Positions 6,787-10,780 of a DNA stretch of 10,780 nt are shown one piece after another; positions within the stretch are counted from its first letter, which is position 1, and every line of letters begins with the position of its first letter. The stretch spans positions 1-10,780 of the forward strand of contig JBDGTS010000056.1 of assembly GCA_042216675.1 (NCBI GenBank). Direction: 5' to 3'. The stretch is from Halobacteriaceae archaeon. GTDB lineage: Archaea; Halobacteriota; Halobacteria; Halobacteriales; Halobacteriaceae. The position numbers and the translations under genes are program-made. The notes under the pieces are model-generated. The model was not told where the DNA came from. It did no database searches and saw only the letters and a program-made list of their open reading frames with translations.

Positions 6787-7641
6787 ATGAGCAAGTACCC
6801 CAGCATCCGGCCCGAGAACTACTACGACGAGTACGGCGAGGCCGAATGGGAGCGTCTCGACGCCGACCCGAAGACCCGCTACGAGTTCGAGAACACTGTC
6901 GCGTATCTCGACGAGCGCCTACCGGACTCCGGCCACGTCCTCGACGCGGGCGGCGCGGCGGGGCGCTATGCGGTGTGGCTCGCCGAACGCGGCTACGAGG
7001 TGACGCTGGCGGACGTCAGCGACACCCAACGGGACATCGCCCGCGAGAAGGCGGCCGAACACGGCGTCGCCGACTGCGTGACGGTCGAACACGGGGACGT
7101 GCGCGACTTGCCCTACGACGAGGCCGCCTTCGACGCGGTGTGCTGTCTCGGCGGTCCGCTCTCCCACGTCGTGGACTCGCTGGAACGGGCGCGGGCGGCC
7201 CGCGAACTGCGGCGCGTCGCCGCGCCCGGCGCGCCCGTCTTCGTCTCGGTGATGGGCCTCGTCGCCGTTCTCCAGCAGTTGGTCCGGTTGGCCGGCGAGC
7301 ACGAACAGGAGGCGCGCCAACTCCCGGGCCTCCTCGACGGCGGCACGTACGACGCGTCGCTCCTCGCCGACGCCGGCGTGACGGACCCCAACTTCGTCGA
7401 GTGCCACTTCTTCCGGGCCGCGGAACTCCGGCGGCTGCTCACGGAGGCCGGCCTCTCCGTCGACACCGTCGCCGGGTTGGAGGGCGTCGCCTCGAACGCC
7501 GGCGCATCGCTCTCCGACGCCTCCGAGACGGCGCTGGGCCACGTCGACGAGGTGGTGACCGACCCCGCGTTCCGCGAGGACCCCACGGTGGCCGACCTCT
7601 CCGAACACATCTTGGCCGTCGCCATCGCGCGCTGTCGGTAG
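6787..7641 (+). CDS. Class I SAM-dependent methyltransferase, about 284 aa
   Basis: N-terminal YYDEYGEAEWERL, motif I VLDAGGAAGRY, VTLADVS, HGDVRDLPYDEAAFDAVCCLGGPLSH and RRVAAPGAPVFVSVM. The start is ATG 6787 or ATG 6757. Confidence 0.9.
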   Translation: MSKYPSIRPENYYDEYGEAEWERLDADPKTRYEFENTVAYLDERLPDSGHVLDAGGAAGRYAVWLAERGYEVTLADVSDTQRDIAREKAAEHGVADCVTVEHGDVRDLPYDEAAFDAVCCLGGPLSHVVDSLERARAARELRRVAAPGAPVFVSVMGLVAVLQQLVRLAGEHEQEARQLPGLLDGGTYDASLLADAGVTDPNFVECHFFRAAELRRLLTEAGLSVDTVAGLEGVASNAGASLSDASETALGHVDEVVTDPAFREDPTVADLSEHILAVAIARCR

Positions 7642-7677
7642 CCGGGATTTATCAGGCCCCGACACGCTCGCGGTGAC

Positions 7678-8163
7678 ATGGTGTCGGACGCGTCCGGCCC
7701 CCGGAGCGCGCTTCGCTTCCCGTGGGGCTTCGGTCTGCTCTACGGGTTCTTGGCGGCCGTCGCGGGTGCGGCGACGACGCTCGCCGTCATCGTCGTCGAC
7801 TGGTCCGGCCTCCCGCCGCGACTCGGGGCGTTGACCCTCCGAATGCTGTACGAGGCCCACGGCGTGGGCGTCGCCGGCCCGCCGCCCGTCGTCGGCCCCG
7901 CCCTCCCCGGCGCGGCGACGGCGCTCGTCCCCGTCGTCGTCCTCACCGCCCTCGGGTACGCGCACGCGGGTGGCTACGTCGGCACGAGCGCCCAGCAGGC
8001 CGTCCTCGCGGGCGCGTCGATCGCCGTCGGCTACGTCGCCGCGGCGCTGGCGGGCGTTCTCCTCGGGGTTCGTGCCTCGCCGCTCGCCGCTATCGTGGCG
8101 TTTGGCGGCTACGCCCTCGTCTTCGGCGGTCTCGGTGGCTATCTCGCCCGGTCCCGGTCGTGA
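7678..8163 (+). CDS. Hypothetical membrane protein (161 aa, about 4 TM)
   Basis: Hydrophobic helices, an LYEAHGV segment and a C-terminal GYALVFGGLGGYLA. Its own TATA-like TTTAT is at 7648-7652 (-30 to -26). Confidence 0.8.
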   Translation: MVSDASGPRSALRFPWGFGLLYGFLAAVAGAATTLAVIVVDWSGLPPRLGALTLRMLYEAHGVGVAGPPPVVGPALPGAATALVPVVVLTALGYAHAGGYVGTSAQQAVLAGASIAVGYVAAALAGVLLGVRASPLAAIVAFGGYALVFGGLGGYLARSRS

Positions 8164-8450
8164 ATCGTCTCGTGGGCGCCGATGACCATCGCCGGGACGA
8201 CGAGCATGAACAGATGCTCCTCGACGGGGATGCCGAGCAGATTCACGCCGGTGCGTAACTCGATGGCGAAGACGCCGATGTGGAGCGTGTACCAGTCCCA
8301 GAGGTAACCCACCGGGTAGAGGACGGCGACGGTGACGCCCGCGCGGCGGAGCGCCCGCGCCCGGTAGCAGAGGACGAGCGCCACCGCGCCGAACACGACT
8401 TCGGAGGCGAGATAGGTGTACGGCCCGAAGACGGCGCCCAAATCGAACAC
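8139..8450 (-). CDS. Lycopene cyclase domain-containing membrane protein (single domain, about 103 aa)
   Basis: YTYL at the N-terminus, YLWDWYTLHIGVF and LLGIPVEEHLF (the PxEE motif of CrtYc/CrtYd/archaeal-type cyclase domains). The start is probably GTG 8450 (MFDLGAVFGPYTYL). Confidence 0.8.
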   Translation of the reverse strand: MFDLGAVFGPYTYLASEVVFGAVALVLCYRARALRRAGVTVAVLYPVGYLWDWYTLHIGVFAIELRTGVNLLGIPVEEHLFMLVVPAMVIGAHETIHDRDRAR

Positions 8451-8562
8451 TCTGATGTCTTCGCGCGCCGAGACCAAAACGGTGCCGGACGGCCGTAATG
8501 TATAGGAGTGGGACCAAGGTTCAATAGGCCCGGGGTGAGACACTTAAACGAGGCCGCTCACC

Positions 8563-9705
8563 ATGGATATCTCCAATATTGCCACCCGCGAGTACATCGA
8601 GGTCGACGGCGACGAACGTCTCGGCAAGGTTCGGTCTATCTTCGAGGACGAGAGTCCGAAGGCCATCGTCGTGACCGAGGACGGCGAGTACGAAGGTGTC
8701 ATCACCGAAAAGCAACTGCTCCAGTCTCACATGCAAGACGAGGCGAAGGCGTCGGGCCTCGTCTGGCCGGTCCCGAAAGTCGAGCGTCACGAGGACGTGC
8801 GGGAGACGGCCCGGATGCTCGTGGAGGGCGACACGAAGGTGGCGCCTGTCTTCGAGGGCGAGAATCTCTGGGGCATCGTCACCGACGACGCCATCCTACG
8901 CGCGGTCATCGACAGCCTCGACGCCATCACCGTCGGTGACATCTACTCGGACGAACCCATCACCATCGAGGAGGACACGACCATCGGACGCGTCGTGAAC
9001 CTGATGCGGGAACACGGCATCTCCCGGCTCCCGGTCCTGAACGAGAACGGCTACCTCACCGGCATCGTCACGACCCACGACATCGTCGACATGGTCGTCC
9101 GCCGGATGGACAACCCCACCGTCGGCGAGCGCGCGGGGGACAACGACCGGATGCTCGACCTGCCCGCTTACGACGTGATGTCCGAGCCGGTCGAAACCGT
9201 CGCCGCGCCCGAAACCGTCGACGAGGCCGTCCGCGGAATGCTAGACCGCGACATCGACGGTCTCGTCGTCACGCCCGACGACGACCGAATCGTCGAGGGC
9301 GTGTTGACGAAGACGGACGTGCTCCGTGCGCTCTCCTACACCGAGGAGGAGCACATGGACGTCCAGATAACCAACATCCACCTGCTGGAGGACACCATCA
9401 CGCGCCAGCAGATCCGCGAGGACGTCGAGGGCATCGCACGCAAGTACGAGAAGATGACCGTGCGCCACGCCCACGTGCGCTTCCACAAGCACAAGGAGAC
9501 CCAGCGCGGGACGCCGCTGATTCGGTGCCAGATCCGCCTGCGCACCGACCGGGGGCAGGTGGCCGGCACCGGCGAGGGCTACGGCACCGAGAACGCCTTC
9601 GACGTGGCGCTCGACCTGTTGGAGCGCAACCTCCTCGAACTGAAGGGCGTCCGCTCGGACGAGGAGTACCGCGGCCAGTTGCTCCGCAAGCTCGGCCGCC
9701 TGTAG
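8563..9705 (+). CDS. Protein with four CBS domains (two Bateman modules) and a C-terminal HPF/RaiA-like domain; probable archaeal ribosome hibernation factor (380 aa)
   Basis: CBS signatures YEGVITEKQL, LWGIVTDDAI, ISRLPVLNENGYLTGIVTTHDI and VEGVLTKTDVL. The region from M265 onward has a beta-alpha-beta-beta-beta-alpha pattern ending GEGYGTENAFDVALDLLERNL, like HPF/RaiA (S30AE) domains. CBS call about 0.95; HPF-domain call about 0.8. Confidence 0.88.
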   Translation: MDISNIATREYIEVDGDERLGKVRSIFEDESPKAIVVTEDGEYEGVITEKQLLQSHMQDEAKASGLVWPVPKVERHEDVRETARMLVEGDTKVAPVFEGENLWGIVTDDAILRAVIDSLDAITVGDIYSDEPITIEEDTTIGRVVNLMREHGISRLPVLNENGYLTGIVTTHDIVDMVVRRMDNPTVGERAGDNDRMLDLPAYDVMSEPVETVAAPETVDEAVRGMLDRDIDGLVVTPDDDRIVEGVLTKTDVLRALSYTEEEHMDVQITNIHLLEDTITRQQIREDVEGIARKYEKMTVRHAHVRFHKHKETQRGTPLIRCQIRLRTDRGQVAGTGEGYGTENAFDVALDLLERNLLELKGVRSDEEYRGQLLRKLGRL

Positions 9706-10410
9706 TCAGCGCGACTCGGCGGCTTCCAGCCCGCTATCGGTGATCTGAAACGTCACCGACTCGCCGGTCGGCTTCGACCGGTGTTTCTCCAGCGTCGCCC
9801 GCCGGCGGCCACCCCGGAACCGTTCGAGGGAGACGATGGTACTCGTCCAGTGTGCGAGCGTGTGCCCGCCGAGCGGCCGCGACGTGTCGGAGTCGGAGTC
9901 GGGGTCCGTGTACACCTGATTCGTCACCAGCACCGCGAGGTCGTGACGACGCGCGAGCGACAGCAGGTGCGTTATCTGCCGGGCCACCTGCCTGAGGGCT
10001 TCGCCGTCTTCGCCCCCGGCCTCCGTGCGGCGGAGCCGATAGAAGCCGGTGGCGCTGTCGAGGACGACGAGGTCCGCGTTCGCGGCGAGGTCCTCCGCGT
10101 CTCGGACCGCCTCGGCCTGTTCGTCGAAGTCGCGGGCCGCCGAGACGACGACCCGACTCGACGCCGCGTCCACGTCGTCGACGCGCCCGGCGAGCAACTG
10201 CTCGAAGCGCTCCGGCGAGATACCCTCCGTGTCGACGTAGACGGTGCGCGCGCCGTTCGCCGCCGTCTCGACGGCGGCCCTCAGCGCGACGTTCGTCTTC
10301 CCCGCCGCGGGCGGGCCGTAGAGTTGGGTCACCGCGCCGCGTTCGAGGCCGCCCCCGAGCAAGTCGTCGATGGGGTCGGCCCCGGTCGGAAGCCGGTCTG
10401 TGCGTTCCAC
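9706..10410 (-). CDS. radB: DNA repair and recombination protein RadB (234 aa)
   Basis: RecA-family core lacking the RadA N-terminal domain: LPTG...IDDLLGGGLERG, Walker A GPPAAGKT, YVDTEG, Walker B LVVLDS, TNQVY, PLGG and the RadB basic patch LEKHR. GTG start. Confidence 0.95.
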   Translation of the reverse strand: MERTDRLPTGADPIDDLLGGGLERGAVTQLYGPPAAGKTNVALRAAVETAANGARTVYVDTEGISPERFEQLLAGRVDDVDAASSRVVVSAARDFDEQAEAVRDAEDLAANADLVVLDSATGFYRLRRTEAGGEDGEALRQVARQITHLLSLARRHDLAVLVTNQVYTDPDSDSDTSRPLGGHTLAHWTSTIVSLERFRGGRRRATLEKHRSKPTGESVTFQITDSGLEAAESR

Positions 10411-10430
10411 TGCCCGCGGCTACGGCGCTC

Positions 10431-10445
10431 CCGAAGAAAAACCCC
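10431..10445 (-). promoter_or_regulatory. T-rich tract: possible radB TATA-like box and/or terminator of the upstream glycosyltransferase gene
   Basis: The minus strand reads GGGGTTTTTCTTCGG. The T5 is about 27-31 nt upstream of the radB GTG and about 10 nt downstream of the glycosyltransferase stop. Confidence 0.4.
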
Positions 10446-10451
10446 GCGACC

Positions 10452-10780
10452 CTACCGCACGTCGTCGAGCACCCGCTCCGCGATGGCCGCGACGCCGTTG
10501 GTGTGCGCGGGCGCCGCCGGCGGGTCGTCGAGGGCGGCCACCGCGCCCGCGGCGTCGTCGGCGACGACGAAGCCCTCGACGGAACGGAGTCGACGGGCCA
10601 CCCCTCGCTGTTCGTTCGTCTCCGGGACGACGACGCAGGGCGTCCCCGCGACGGCGGCCTCCATCACCGTCGAGTAGCCCGCACACACCACGGCGTCTGC
10701 GCGTTCGAGGACGGGCAACAGCGCGGGCACCGCCTCCCAGTCCGGGTCGCCGACGTGGGTCACCGTCCGCCCGGCGTCCC
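10452..10780 (-). CDS. Glycosyltransferase (GT-B fold, GT28 C-terminal/MurG-like), 3' part only; the gene begins beyond the window
   Basis: LERADAVVCAGYSTVMEAAVAGTPCVVVPETNEQRGVARRL matches the nucleotide-sugar-binding motif. The frame stays open to the window edge. Confidence 0.85.
   Translation of the reverse strand, partial: DAGRTVTHVGDPDWEAVPALLPVLERADAVVCAGYSTVMEAAVAGTPCVVVPETNEQRGVARRLRSVEGFVVADDAAGAVAALDDPPAAPAHTNGVAAIAERVLDDVR

Noticed and set aside
6522-6806. N-terminal extension of the 6015-6806 ORF
   Set aside because: The composition is not protein-like, it overlaps the divergent promoter, leader and methyltransferase start, and a TATA-like box supports ATG 6521.
6919-8517. 532-aa minus-strand ORF, the longest alternative frame
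   Set aside because: An Arg/Gly-rich shadow spanning three better-supported genes, with no motifs.
1-10780. CRISPR array, transposase/integrase or defence-system genes
   Set aside because: No regularly spaced repeats and no recombinase, nuclease or transposase motifs were seen in the window.

Overview
GC-rich DNA encoding acidic proteins, with TATA-like boxes about 25-30 nt upstream of start codons (leaderless transcripts), a Tat-lipoprotein and radB. This is a haloarchaeal (Halobacteria) chromosomal region. In order it holds: a structured element ending in a tRNA 3'-end fragment (1-120); a frameshifted membrane-protein gene; a class I SAM methyltransferase (-); an 87-aa helical-repeat protein (-); a thiamine ABC transporter operon thiB-thiP-thiQ (+); a small membrane protein (-); a structured leader with a 27-codon uORF ahead of a second SAM methyltransferase (+); a membrane protein (+); a single-domain lycopene-cyclase-like protein (-); a protein with four CBS domains and a C-terminal HPF/RaiA-like domain (+); radB (-); and the 3' end of a GT-B glycosyltransferase (-). 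The two most interesting items are the CBS-HPF fusion, a candidate energy-sensing ribosome hibernation factor, and the uORF/hairpin leader, a candidate attenuator. All family calls come from reading motifs by eye; no searches were run.
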